The position numbers and the translations under genes are program-made. A stretch of 64,000 nt of DNA from Octopus vulgaris (lineage: Eukaryota): assembly GCA_951406725.2 (NCBI GenBank), contig OX597816.1, forward strand, positions 130,820,001 through 130,884,000, read 5' to 3'. The notes under the pieces are model-generated. The model was not told where the DNA came from and searched no databases. It saw nothing but the letters and a program-made list of their open reading frames with translations. Positions 27,543 to 40,393 of the stretch are shown here, piece after piece. Each line of letters opens with the position of its first letter. The first letter of the stretch is position 1.

Positions 27543-27850
27543 TATGTATGCATGCATGTATGTATGTATGTATGTATGTATGTATGTATGTATGTATGTA
27601 TGTATGTATGTATGTATGCATGTATGCATGCATGTATGTATGCATGTATGTATGCATGTATGTATGCATGCATGTATGTATGCATGCATGATGCATGTAT
27701 GTATGTATGTATGCATGTATGCATGCATGTATGTATGCATGTATGTATGCATGTATGTATGCATGCATGTATGTATGCATGCATGATGCATGTATGTATG
27801 TATGTATGTATGTGTATGTATTTATGTATGCATGCATGTGTGTATGTATG
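27543..27850. repeat. (TATG)n/(CATG)n compound microsatellite
   Basis: Directly visible. Confidence 0.95.
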
Positions 27851-28523
27851 TATGATGTACGCATGTATGTATGTATACACGCACACACACACACATACAT
27901 ACATAAATAAATATACATTGAGAGAGAAAGAGAGAGAGAATATATCTACAATGCAATTCTTATTAAAATTCGATATTTAACAGTCGAAAATTTTGAATAT
28001 GGTTCCGATTCCATGGAAGATAAAAAAAAGTCAGCTCTTTGTTTCACATTTAAATTTGCTTCTATTTCTAAAATATAAGTTTATCTAAACGTGAAAGAAT
28101 AAATTAGTTTCTTTCTTCCATGGTATTTGAAACCGCGTACTAACCTTTTGAAAATGTCTAAATGTAATAGCGACCGCATTGCAATATATACTGTGAATAT
28201 CTTTTGTGTGAAATATAATTGTCTCCCGGCATTGTTACAAGCACTAGCAGAGCATTTGAAATCGTGTATTAGCTTCATATAATTTTTAAATGGGAAATTT
28301 CGGTAGTCTATTTAAAACTGAGAGAGTTCCAGCACGTTATTCCTTACATAACCTCATTTCAGAACGGAAGATAGCTCTTGATGCTGCAGACTCGCATTCT
28401 CCATCAATGATGATACGTTCCTTTACCTGTTCAAGATTCAGTACTCAGTAATTTCTTTGCAATCACCAAGAGAGCATGATGGAGGACATACTGTATGAAG
28501 CGCAAAAAAAAGGCTACACATGG

Positions 28524-28902
28524 TCGCGTATGTGACAGTGTGGTAAGAAGTTTGCTTCCTAACTCATGATTCTGGGTTCGTAGGCAAGTGTCTTCAACTA
28601 TAGCTCTAGTTCAGTCAAAACTTTATGAGTGTATTTGGTAGATGGAAACTGAAAGAAGCTTAGAGAAGGAGAAAAAGAGAGAGAGTGTGTGTGTCTTTGT
28701 GTTTGCGTTTTCCCTCGCTGTCACCTGATAACTGGAATTGGTTTTTTTTACATTCCCCAAACTTAGCGATTCGGTAAAAGTGACTGATAAAATAAGCACC
28801 AGGCATAAAAACATCAAGTCCTGGGGTCTATTCGTTCGACTAAACCCTGTAAAGGCAGCGCTTCAGCGCGGTTGCAACCCAAAGACAGAAACAAGTAAAA
28901 GA
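28524..28902 (+). mobile_element. Degenerate SINE family C copy
   Basis: gtgtggtaagaagtttgcttcc, ggcaagtgtcttc and tttggtagatggaaactgaaagaag blocks, with tail aaacaagtaaaaga. Confidence 0.7.
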
Positions 28903-29332
28903 GCATGAGAATACATGTATAGGCGCGCACTATATACGCATGAGCCAACATTTGCTTTTGGTGTACGGCTCACGTTAGCTCTGATCTATTCGAGGCACAA
29001 AGGCAGTCGATAACAATCTGTACACCGCTTCATACTTCTCCGACATGGATTAGTCAATCGTATGAACATGTACTCTCACGATTCCCCACCCTCCAGCAAC
29101 AACAACGCCTGTTGTTGTTGCTTAGTCCTTGATAGCTCTGTCTGGGAAAAGCTATGGTGAAATGATTTCCAGTCATGTTCACCCATTTTTGTTTTCAGGA
29201 ATACTGCTTAGACGACTCTGTTCAATGTCTTCTTTTTTTCAAGACGTTAGGTTCTGGACTGAGTGAGATTTGTCAGCTATTTTTAGCGGACTAGGCAGTT
29301 GAGTTCTCTTGTTGGCTACTTTACAATATTAT

Positions 29333-29455
29333 TTCGGGGTCGCTTAAATAAGTACCAGTTACGCACTGGGGTCGATATAATCGACTTAATCCGTTTGTCT
29401 GTCCTTGTTTGTCCCCTCTATGTTTAGCCCCTTGTGTGTAGTAAAGAAATAGGTA
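29333..29455 (+). mobile_element. SINE family B 3' half (tail type 2)
   Basis: ttcggggtcg...aagtaccagttacgcactggggtcgat...agccccttgtg..tagtaaagaaataggtat. Confidence 0.85.
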
Positions 29456-29682
29456 TATACATTTCATGAATATTGAATAATAACACAACATCTGTATCAC
29501 AAGCAAGCAACAACTAACTAAAATAATTCACCCCCACCCCATTGAAAACCAATACGATTCCCAGAGACTTTTACCTCTCCCGAAATTCTAATTTTATGCA
29601 TGTCACAATCACAGATTACACCAGATCTCTGGCCCCCGTATCTGAAACGGTGCATCAATCATGTACACACGCAGGCGCGCGC

Positions 29683-29735
<53 letters not shown>

Positions 29736-29749
29736 CATACATACATACA

Positions 29750-31620
29750 CTTTTTTATCCAAGGGGAGGCATGATATTTTAAATTCAACATTCCTTTCCT
29801 TGTGGTCGTTAATATGTAATGCCAGTGTTGTAGAGGTCCTATATTTAGGATTGTTGAAGGAGCTCAGGTGGGATCGATATCTCTGCTTAAAGTCTACTGT
29901 GCTTCCGATATATATTTTTCTCACGCCTCCTTGAACCTCAACACTACATTTATAAACCACATTTACCTGGCGACAATTTCCGCTAATCGGACATTCAGTT
30001 GGGTCCCTACAATTACATTTCTTCAACCTGCTACAGGGTCTCGTATTATTGATAACTCCGAAACCGTGCGCACTCCCAGTACTAGGATCCACCATATCAT
30101 ATACACCATCGTTCGTACTATTTTCCGGTATAATTATTCTATTATTATTCCTACTATTACCATTCTTATTATTTTCATTTTTATTTTTATTTTTACTAAT
30201 ATTTTTATTACCATTTTATTACCATTTTATTACTACCCTGATAATCATTAAAATCACTAATATCATCACCGACATCATTATTATGATTATCACTACTATT
30301 TACATTATTTGTCACTCCAACACGCCCTTCACAATCGATTTCAGAAGACGTACTATTAATATTAATACCCTCTTCTATGTCTTTAATGAATTTTCCATTA
30401 AAGCTTCTGTCATCATTTCTATCATTATAGCGCCTTATTTTACTTCTGTTCAACGAAGCAATAATAGATCCGACATTGGGAATGACTGAGCAGGCCAGCT
30501 TGATTGTTGACTTGTTACATATTGAATAATACTTATGGTGTTTTGGGAATTTTTCCTTCAATAACTTAAAAAATAGCTTTGGTAAACCTTTCACCCTTAA
30601 TGAAAAGGGAGGGGCAAACCAAGTAACTTGACGAATCCTAGACTTAGTATTAATAGTGGGATTATCATATGTTGCTTGGCTTGATGTACTAAATGTAAGG
30701 GCACTCCTGTATCTATTACTAATATTCCTATCTCTATTACTACTAGTATTATTCTTATTTCTATTACCACCTTCATTAGACCTAAACCTACCTTTATACC
30801 TTAATTCACATTTATGATTCATATTATTTGTAACCCCTTCCCTCCCGTTACCGTTATCGTCCATGGTATTTTTCTCCTTACAAATCTCATTATTAGCCTT
30901 ATTAACGTGGTTACCATTTACAAGACCAACCACATCGCATTCATTTCTCCTATTTCCAAAGCTTTTTTATCAGCACAAATATTGGTCATTATTAGCTTGT
31001 TGCTAGCTCCTTGGGAACTATGTGGGGAGCCTCTGCCATCCGAAATCCGTTTTATATCGTTGCTGACCATGCTGGCCAATTTAATTTTTAATTTGGTATT
31101 GGGTATGTATTCAATGTTATTTGTGAACCCACTCAATTTCAAGGCATTGTTGTATATTGGGGCGTGTTGATTAAAGATGTTTTCATTCGCCGATAGGTTT
31201 GAGATTCTGATAAAAAATTGCAGTTACGATGCTATTGATGGTTGATTTGGGCTGATTTGAGGAAACATTGATATATTGGAAAGTTTGGTTTGGTTTTCGG
31301 AAGGAGTAGTGCAAGCTGGTATTCAGATCGAGAGTGACATCCAGGAAATTTGCCACTTTAGGATTATTCTCAAAAACGATGCTCACATTATAAAAGTCCT
31401 TAAGAAATTCTCTAAGGTCCTTCTTCATTCTTTCAATTTGTGGATTTGAATGATTAGAGACGATAAACAATGCATCATCCCTATAAATCCCTCCGGAGAG
31501 AGATGGGAAAACTCGCTTAACTTTGTCTAACAGAAATAGACCAACGAAATCCGTTACTTGAGCCGAGTCCGAAGATCCCATAGTGATGTCGAATAAATTA
31601 AAAGAGTCCGATTTAGACCA

Positions 31621-31622
<2 letters not shown>
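29750..31622 (-). mobile_element. Penelope-like retroelement (Naiad-type), 5'-truncated and frameshifted: RT, linker and GIY-YIG endonuclease
   Basis: ORF 31183-31677 has FDITMGSSDSAQVTDFVGL..IYRDDAL..NFLDVTLDL (PLE RT). ORF 30208-30933 has VTWFAPPFS..FPKHH..NKSTIKLACS. ORF 29685-30095 has CNCR..CPISGNC..VVYKC..IYIGST..FKQRYRSH (Cys motif plus GIY-YIG). Confidence 0.88.
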
Positions 31623-31652
<30 letters not shown>

Positions 31653-31655
<3 letters not shown>

Positions 31656-31881
31656 ATTCGCTAGCCTCTGCACGCATTTTTTTCTCTCCTTCTTTCTGCG
31701 TTTCTTCTCTGTGTATCTTTCTGTTGAAGAGCGTAGGCTCGAAACGTTAAAGACTTGTTTTATTTATATTTCCTGAGCGCCATACTAATACAATTGTTTG
31801 TTTGTATTCCACCTGCCTTCGTCTTTTGTTTATTTCCGTAAACCTGCCTTCGTCTTTTGTCTATTTTCATAAAGCTTCCCG

Positions 31882-31882
<1 letters not shown>
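31653..31882 (+). mobile_element. Pseudo-LTR-like repeat carrying a hammerhead-like motif (31716-31753)
   Basis: UCUUU CUGUUGA A GAGC-GUAG-GCUC GAAA CGUU AAAGA. A homologous copy in the opposite orientation lies at 33166-33322. Confidence 0.6.
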
Positions 31883-32309
<427 letters not shown>

Positions 32310-32363
32310 GAAGGAGCTTCTACAGGACTAGAACTGTTTCATTCAAGAGAAATCATCAGGAAT

Positions 32364-32447
<84 letters not shown>

Positions 32448-32706
32448 ATGAATATGTCACTTAATCCCTTTAGTCGGTAAAGAGGTACATCTATCAGCCA
32501 AGTGCCCACTAAGAGAACAGCTACTATCGGCTGATTTCAACTATCTCGGAGCTGCATCAATCGACTGAGTACGTACTCGTTTATGGTCATGCCATCTTAT
32601 CATAAATTCCAAGAAGCTCGGTCCACTCACTTGTACATATTTGTATACACGAATGAGTGGACAAACGAAAGAAGGGCACCCAATACATTTCGTGAGAGTT
32701 ACATCT

Positions 32707-32840
32707 ATGGATCAAAACAGTTTGATTCAAATTCCTTGATACTATTCCTCAGCCATTGGAAATTTCCAATGAGTGAGGATTAACGACACGCTTTAAAACT
32801 TAAAGTACTAAGAAATTTGAATCAAACTCTTTTGATCCAT
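32707..32840. repeat. 37-bp inverted repeat, with a third copy of the arm at about 32957-32995
   Basis: atggatcaaaacagtttgattcaaattccttgatact versus agtactaagaaatttgaatcaaactcttttgatccat. Confidence 0.8.
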
Positions 32841-32919
32841 ATATATATATATATATATTTATATATACATACACATACATACATACATACATACATACAT
32901 ACATACATACATACATACA

Positions 32920-32955
<36 letters not shown>

Positions 32956-33070
32956 CATGGAGATTAAAACAGTTTGATTAAAATTCCTTGGTATTTAAAT
33001 ATATATGAATGTACGTATGTATGTGTCTGTATATACACAAACACTCGCATACACACAAACACACTATGAG

Positions 33071-33131
<61 letters not shown>

Positions 33132-33165
33132 CATAAGTATATATATACACACACATATATATATG

Positions 33166-33322
33166 TAGAGAGTTCACGAAAAAACAAAAGACGAAGACAG
33201 GGGGTGTAGAAAACAAACAGACGTATTAGTATAACGCTCAGGAATTGTAAAAGTCTTTTACGTTTCGAGCCTACGCTCTTCTGCAGAAAGGGGCACAGAA
33301 AAAAACGAGAGAAACAAGGAGA
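33166..33322 (-). mobile_element. Second copy of the pseudo-LTR-like repeat, hammerhead-like motif at 33255-33290
   Basis: Minus strand CUUU CUGCAGA A GAGC-GUAG-GCUC GAAA CGUA AAAG. Shares the cttcgtcttt and tcctgagcg blocks with 31653-31882. Confidence 0.6.
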
Positions 33323-33342
33323 TACATACGTACATGCATACG

Positions 33343-33403
<61 letters not shown>

Positions 33404-33484
33404 AGCTATGCCAACATTTTCATGCTATGGTGATTTCGCCCTTATGGTTTCATTATGGTGGATGTTATGTCAACAAGCAGAATT

Positions 33485-33647
33485 CCATTATTTACATTAT
33501 TTACAATTGACGTATATTTGTCCTCATCTTGTTTGTTGTTAACATAAGGTTCGGCTGATATACCCTCCAGCCTTCATCAGGTGTCTTAGGGCAATTTCGA
33601 ACCTGGGTTCTCATTCCTAAAGCATTTTTCGATGTTGTTGTTGTTGC

Positions 33648-33713
<66 letters not shown>

Positions 33714-33742
33714 CATTATTATTATTATTATTATTATCATCA

Positions 33743-33813
<71 letters not shown>

Positions 33814-33894
33814 ATTATTCATGTCACTGCCTGGAATCATACTCGGAATCTTGGGGTTAGTAGCCCGCCCTCTTAACCACTACGCCATATGCCC
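33485..33894 (-). mobile_element. tRNA-headed element with (AAT)n body and degenerate hammerhead-like 3' region
   Basis: Minus-strand head gggcatatggcgtagtggttaag...gagtatgattccagg (A-box and B-box-like), then (AAT)n, then CUGAUGA A GGCUG...CAGCC GAAC at 33543-33584. Confidence 0.6.
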
Positions 33895-35017
33895 ACGGGC
33901 ATAAATAATGTACATAATTCCTCATCTTTTAAATATAAAGCAGAAGTACAATCTAAAGATAGTACACGGTCACTCGAGCAGCTAGAATTCCCAACCAAAC
34001 TTCCCTTATATCATTCTATTCAGTCTCAAAAACTAAGGTATGCCAAATAATGTTTAATGTATGTATGCATGTAGATATCTCTTATTATAAAAGGCAGATT
34101 TTATCTGCCTCCCTTTGGGAGTTATACAAATCTACAATATAGGATTTCTTCAATTACAATTTACCTGGCATTTTTGAGAATACAATGCATCGCGTCATGC
34201 CAGGTCCAGTTTTTAAGCAAAATTTACAGAAAACTCACATTCTGGTGTGTGTGTCAAATGCTTTTCTTAGTCTGGTTTACACCACACGCAAACGCACACA
34301 CACAGTGGGCAACGAATAAAATGAAACTAATTCACTTACTGTGGTGAGTGATTCTTTCACTCTGCCTCCCACTTCCTCTTACACGCAAATATATAAATAA
34401 AATTGTAAGCTAACGTGCGTGTGTGTGTGTGTGACGGTGCGTGTGTGTGTGTGTGTGTGTGTGTGCGTGTGCGTGAGTGTGTGACAGGAAAGTTTTTTTA
34501 GACGAATATAACACCTATATCCAAGTAGCAGAAAGATAAGACAGTAAGGTGTGATTTGAGGGAGATTTGGCTGCTATTTCTACCATGTCTAGCTGCCATG
34601 TAGGGGTCTCCCTCATAGGCTCATACATACATATATACATAGATAAGACAGTAAGGTGTGATTTGGGGGAAATTTTGCTGCTATTTCTACCAGGTCTAGC
34701 TACCATGTAGAGGTCCCCCTCAATTCTTTTATTCTTCTGCTTTTTCCAGCCATTGCTCTGTGGCCATGCTGGGGCAATGCCTTGAAGAATTGTAGTTTAA
34801 TGAATCAACTCCAGTTTTATTTTTGTAAGCATTGTACTTATTCTATCTGTTTCCTTTGTCAAACCACTAGGTGACAGGGATGTAAACAAACCAACATTCG
34901 TTGTCAAGCAGTGGTGGAGGACAATCACAAGCACAGACACGCACACACACACACATACATGCATACACATATACACACATACATACATACATATATATAT
35001 ATGTGTGTATATATATA

Positions 35018-35276
35018 TTGCAGCGTGGAAGGTGTTTGTAAGCCATTTAAGAAACACACAAAAACCGTTACATTCACTTCAACATTTAAATTTAATTTGC
35101 CAAAATATTTTCGTCGCTTTCAGACCGCGACCTGTTCACTGACAAAAATATCGTGCTAACAGGTCGCGGTCTCAAAGCGACGAAAATATTTTGACAAATT
35201 TAATTTAAATGTTGAAGTGAATCTAACGGTTTTTGTGTGTTTCTTAAATGGCTTATAAACACCTTCAACGCTGCAA
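35018..35276. repeat. 259-bp palindrome (119-bp arms, 21-bp spacer), inverted pseudo-LTR-like
   Basis: ttgcagcgtggaaggtg...gcgacctgtt versus aacaggtcgc...caccttcaacgctgcaa, with few mismatches. Confidence 0.92.
35096..35146 (-). ncRNA. Minimal type-I hammerhead ribozyme candidate (G3-C8 core variant)
   Basis: Minus strand UUUGUCA GUGAACA G GUCGC-loop-GCGAC GAAA AUAU UU UGGCAAA gives a 7-bp stem I, 5-bp stem II and palindromic stem III loop. Confidence 0.55.
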
Positions 35277-35336
35277 CTGTTTTCGTTCCAGCACACGATC
35301 TCAGATCAAGTCACTTGCTATGCAAGTACATCTCTG

Positions 35337-35393
<57 letters not shown>

Positions 35394-36596
35394 ATATGTA
35401 TATTGGTAAAAACAGTAAGATAACAAAAGAAAGAAAGAGACCTCAATATTATGTAAATAATATTTTATATATAAAAGTGAGGTTGTGTGTCTGTCTCCTA
35501 CGATTTAGATTCCTAACTACTCCCACATTTTGCGGTGCAGTTTAACCAAAACCGGGTATCTTATAGTCGTGATTCATATCGAGACCGTCTGGGTATTAGC
35601 GCGTGTCTACGATGAGTCTACGATTTAAAAAAAAAATTACCATCAATTTTTCCCATTTTTAATCCATTTTTGAAATATATAAGGGAAGTAACTCTCTAAA
35701 ATTTATTATTAAATCTCAGAACGTAAAAAGCTACAGTAACACCCCTCCCCTTTGTGGTTAGCCATATTGAGATGGCTATTATACTTTACATCTCTAAAAA
35801 TGCTTATATAATTATTTCCCTTACAAACCCGAGCAACGCCGGGCGATACTGCTAGTGTATTTATAAATCAAATATATATGACGCGAAATATAATGTTATA
35901 TATTGTTAAAAGCATAACATAATATGATACAGTTTATATTACACGTCTAAGAAAAAAAAGGATTCGGGTATAGGATAATGTTGTTCAATTCAAGAAAGCA
36001 CGAGAATGCATTTGTTCATAGGTTTCATGAACAAGAACATTAATTTTACCGTACGAATATATAACATGAGATATTATATATAGGTATATATATGTGGACT
36101 CGATGTAGGAAAATGTTATTGTCGACGCTGCCAAGGATAGGAGGTGCTGGGGGTGCAAATGCACCTTCGAAAATTTTTGTGGGGTGCAAAATCCAAATAT
36201 GCACTCCTATTTACTTTCTTCAGGTTTGCAAAACAGTGCGTAAAAAGTGATTTGTAAAAAGTAGCTTGAAGTTATGCTTCTTCTTAAAGAACAAAATCGA
36301 AAAACAAACAAACAAACAAACAAACAGTTAAATAAATAGCAAGACTTTGTTTGGAAAAAATTTGAACCTGGGCTTGCGCCCACTATGCAAGTTTCGTTCC
36401 CGAGCCAGTGAATATTCAATAAAATCATTTCTGTTCCTTAAAATCTTGACACTTTGTCCGGCAATTATCTATAACAGGTAATAATTCGGTGATGAAACAA
36501 TGGCTTCTCTAATCGTGTCTTCTGCTCTCATTCTACTTCATATATTCATTATATATTCGAAGTCATTAATCTATTTGCTCTATTCCCAACTCACGC

Positions 36597-36676
<80 letters not shown>

Positions 36677-36895
36677 TGCAGCCATCTATCTCACCAACAT
36701 AAGTATGTACACACATGTATGCATATAAACATGTATGCATATATATATATATATATGTACGGCTTGATGGTTGGCTAACTGGATGGATGTCAGAAGATCG
36801 GCATTCGTTTAAGTAAGTAGGAATCTATCAATCAGTCTATGCTGTGTGCACGCATATGGATATACATGTATATATATAAACATATATATACATAT

Positions 36896-36954
<59 letters not shown>

Positions 36955-37166
36955 GTCAAAAATTGTGAAGCATGACTGTCAACACTACTACATGAACCCG
37001 AAGATTGCAGAATTCAATGCATGAAAGTACTAGTTCAATCAGAATGAATATTTAACATTCTACTATTTCATTTTATTTTATTCAATTATAATATATTATC
37101 TTATAATATATCATTATAAGATTGTAAATAAAACGTGAAAATCAGACAAGGTTGGAATTCTTTTTA

Positions 37167-37213
<47 letters not shown>

Positions 37214-37974
37214 ATATCTTATGTTATATTACTCACACACACAGATATCTGTTCACATGTATGCATGTGTGTATTCGTTCACGTACGTATATGTAATACT
37301 AGATTGTATGTGATGTACTATTAGAAGCATATGCAACATAACGTATATCTGCGACCTTTGAGTAAAACTACTTATTTACTTCTTCGCAGATGGTTTTGTA
37401 CTTTACGGCCAACATGGTTGTTTATAAGCTATTAGCGGTCTGAAAACATCATCATCATCAACAGCAACAACAACAACGACAACATTGTCATCATAATCAC
37501 CACTGTCACAGTAACCCCCTCCGACACCCCCACTGCCACTGCCACTGTCATAAGTACAAACCTCTGCACCAATGCTTAACGACAGCAAAGCAACATTAAA
37601 ACTAATTTTCCCAACTTCAAAATACTTCAAACTGAAAACATCGGTAACACAGTAACATTATCATCATCAGAGCGATAAATCATCGTAATCAAAATGTTCT
37701 CTGACCACATCACTATCAGAATCATCATCGTCGTCGTCGTCATTATCATCATCATCATCATTATCATCATCATCATCATCATCAACAACAACAACCATAA
37801 TCCCCACCACGACTACCGCCACCATCACTAGCATTGATGCAGCTACACTTTCAAAATTAAATACTGAAGGCAGGGAGAAGGCTGAAACAGACAGAAAATA
37901 GTCCTGGGTCTGTCGAGATTCTGATTTCAATTCTTGACAAGAACAAGTCGATGTAATTTTTCTTCCTAAAATTA

Positions 37975-38185
37975 AGATGGTCTGTTGACAGAATTGTTAC
38001 CAAGCCGGGCAATATTCTTAGCGGCATTTCGTCCGTCTTTACGTTTTGAGTTCAAATTCCGCCGAAGTTGACTTTACCTTTCTTCCTTTTTGGGTCGATT
38101 AAACAAGTTGAACACTGGGCTCGATGTAATCGACTTACGCCTCCCACAAAATTGCTGGCTTTCTGCCAAAAATTTAAAACCAATA
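37975..38185 (+). mobile_element. SINE family B, diverged
   Basis: tagcggcatttcgtccgtctttacg...gagttcaaattccgccgaag...gatgtaatcgactta. Confidence 0.75.
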
Positions 38186-38509
38186 TTTTTACTACAGAAT
38201 AGAAAAATAAGTACCAGTAATATATATGATTTATCGACCTTATTATCGTGGGTTCATAGAAGACAATATTAATCTATTTATATGCCAATGGAAGTTACAT
38301 TGATCCGGGTTCTGGTAGAAGTATCGAAAAGTAATGTATTTTCAAGCAAATAGTCTGACGTCATATCGCAAGAGGATCTACGTCAAAGTATCGAGGACTT
38401 ACTCTGGAGGCTTATTAAAATTCTTTGGTCCTCCGTGCAGATTGAGAAACTATATAGAGAAGGGTAGTGGATGCCTCATGAGTTGTTCCCCAAGAGTAAA
38501 GACCACATT

Positions 38510-38865
38510 CAGCGACAATGATCCCAGAAGAGATAAATTCATTAGGCTTGGAAGCTCTATCTCAACATCTCTATTCACCAGACCTAATACCCTCAGATTT
38601 TCATTTATTTAGGTCCCCCAGATACTGCCAGCGGAAAAATATTCAGAACACGGATGATGTCGAAACGACATTCCAGACATTTATTATTTTTTCTTCTGAA
38701 AAACCTGATTTTTGCTTTTTGACCGAGGAATCAGAAAAATGGACTCGAGGTAGGAAAATGTTATTGTCGACGCGGCCGATTATGTTTTGAATGAATGAAT
38801 TATACTTATGATGCTTATAATGATTTGACCTCTATGAAATGCGACATCATTTTTCGATACCCTAA
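38510..38865 (+). mobile_element. mariner transposase C-terminal remnant
   Basis: ORF 38518-38790 has LYSPDLIPSDFHLFRS (mariner YSPDLAPSD motif). Confidence 0.75.
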
Positions 38866-39918
38866 ATATTGCAGTATGTGATGGTTAGCAAAAATTCCTT
38901 CTTAGATGCTCTTATGAATGAAATTTGGTTGGCAGTAACTTTGCAAAAGCTTAGTTCGTCTTGCATGTATTTTTGTACCTGCGAAAGGAAGGAAGTCAAA
39001 ATTTATAAGAGCATATCACTCTAAGCTGAACGTCTTTAGCATAATTTCCACTAATATAACATTTATAAGATATAATAATAGACAAATAAATGGAAATATC
39101 CTGGCGCCACCTTGGGTCGGCAAGTGTCTATTTTTTTATTTTTAATATACAGTACATATTGCCACCCAAGAAAACGTGGAAATTTCGAGTAGTGACGTAA
39201 AACGCAGGAGCTTAGTACAAAAGGTACTTACTACACTCTCGACGAGTATTGAGCACTTTTTCTCCTGTTTGTTACATGTACATGCCCCCGGCCACATGCA
39301 TACATACATACGCGAATTCATACGTTGTTGGTATTTTTGTATAAAGTCTTTAAATTTTTCATAAAGTAGAATCTTATCCCCTCCTCAATCAACACTACAC
39401 GTTCAACTTATTGTTAGTAATTTGGATAATTGATGTCAGACACTCCAAAAGAATGAATTCCTCTTCGTGAAGGACTTCCAGTCTCTTATTTGCCTTTAAT
39501 CTGGGCTCATTTTTTTTTCATTCTTTCCTTTTTCGCCGTCTCCGTCGGTTTTTCGCGATCGGAAGTCAACGTTACTACCTATATTCCTTTGTATTGCGTC
39601 TTGCTTATCTCCTAGCCACGTCTTCAGTTTCAAACACCAACCTACAACCTGTTTTATTCGATGAAAACACATTCTGACATAGGTCAGCTAGAGCTTTCCT
39701 CCAACCCAGTTTTTGGAGCCTCACTCTGTTTTTAAAGTGCCAGTATGTCACGTTTTTTTTTTACCTTTTTTCTATAAACGTTTTTTCAGAGTAGGAGGCA
39801 ATGTCTTTTGAAACTCACCTCCTTCATATCTTCTACTTTGGGGCTGTTTCATATCGAGATGTTCTTTGTAGCCTTCTGTCACTGTAACGGATGGGTCACA
39901 ATAGTTGCTGTTGATGTA

Positions 39919-40357
39919 TCTCTTATTATAAAAGGCAGATTTTATCTGCCTCCCTTTGGGAGTTATACAAATCTACAATATAGGATTTCTTCAATTACAA
40001 TTTACCTGGCATTTTTGAGAATACAATGCATCGCGTCATGCCAGGTCCAGTTTTTAAAATTTAAACTCCAATTAAGCAAAATTTACAGAAAACTCACATT
40101 CTGGTGTGTGTGTCAAATGCTTTTCTTAGTCTGGTTTACACCACACGCAAACGCACACACACAGTGGGCAACGAATAAAATGAAACTAATTCACTTACTG
40201 TGGTGAGTGATTCTTTCACTCTGCCTCCCACTTCCTCTTACACGCAAATATATAAATAAAATTGTAAGCTAACGTGCGTGTGTGTGTGTGTGTGTGCGCG
40301 TGTGTGTGTGTGTGTGCGCGTGTGTGTGTGTGTGTGCGCGTGTGTGTGTGTGTGACG

Positions 40358-40393
<36 letters not shown>

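Larger units (their letters stand above)
34078..35855 (+). mobile_element. Composite non-autonomous Helitron, copy 1
   Basis: Begins A|TCTCTTATTATAAAAGG and ends with hairpin cccgagcaacgccggg plus CTAG|T, with no TSD. Near-identical to 39919-41755. Confidence 0.85.

Noticed and set aside
28000-28500. Possible LINE C-terminal remnant
   Set aside because: The resemblance is vague and there is no diagnostic motif.
36125-36210. GC-rich gggggtgcaaatgcacc start resembling a DNA transposon terminus
   Set aside because: I could not find a matching opposite terminus or TSD.
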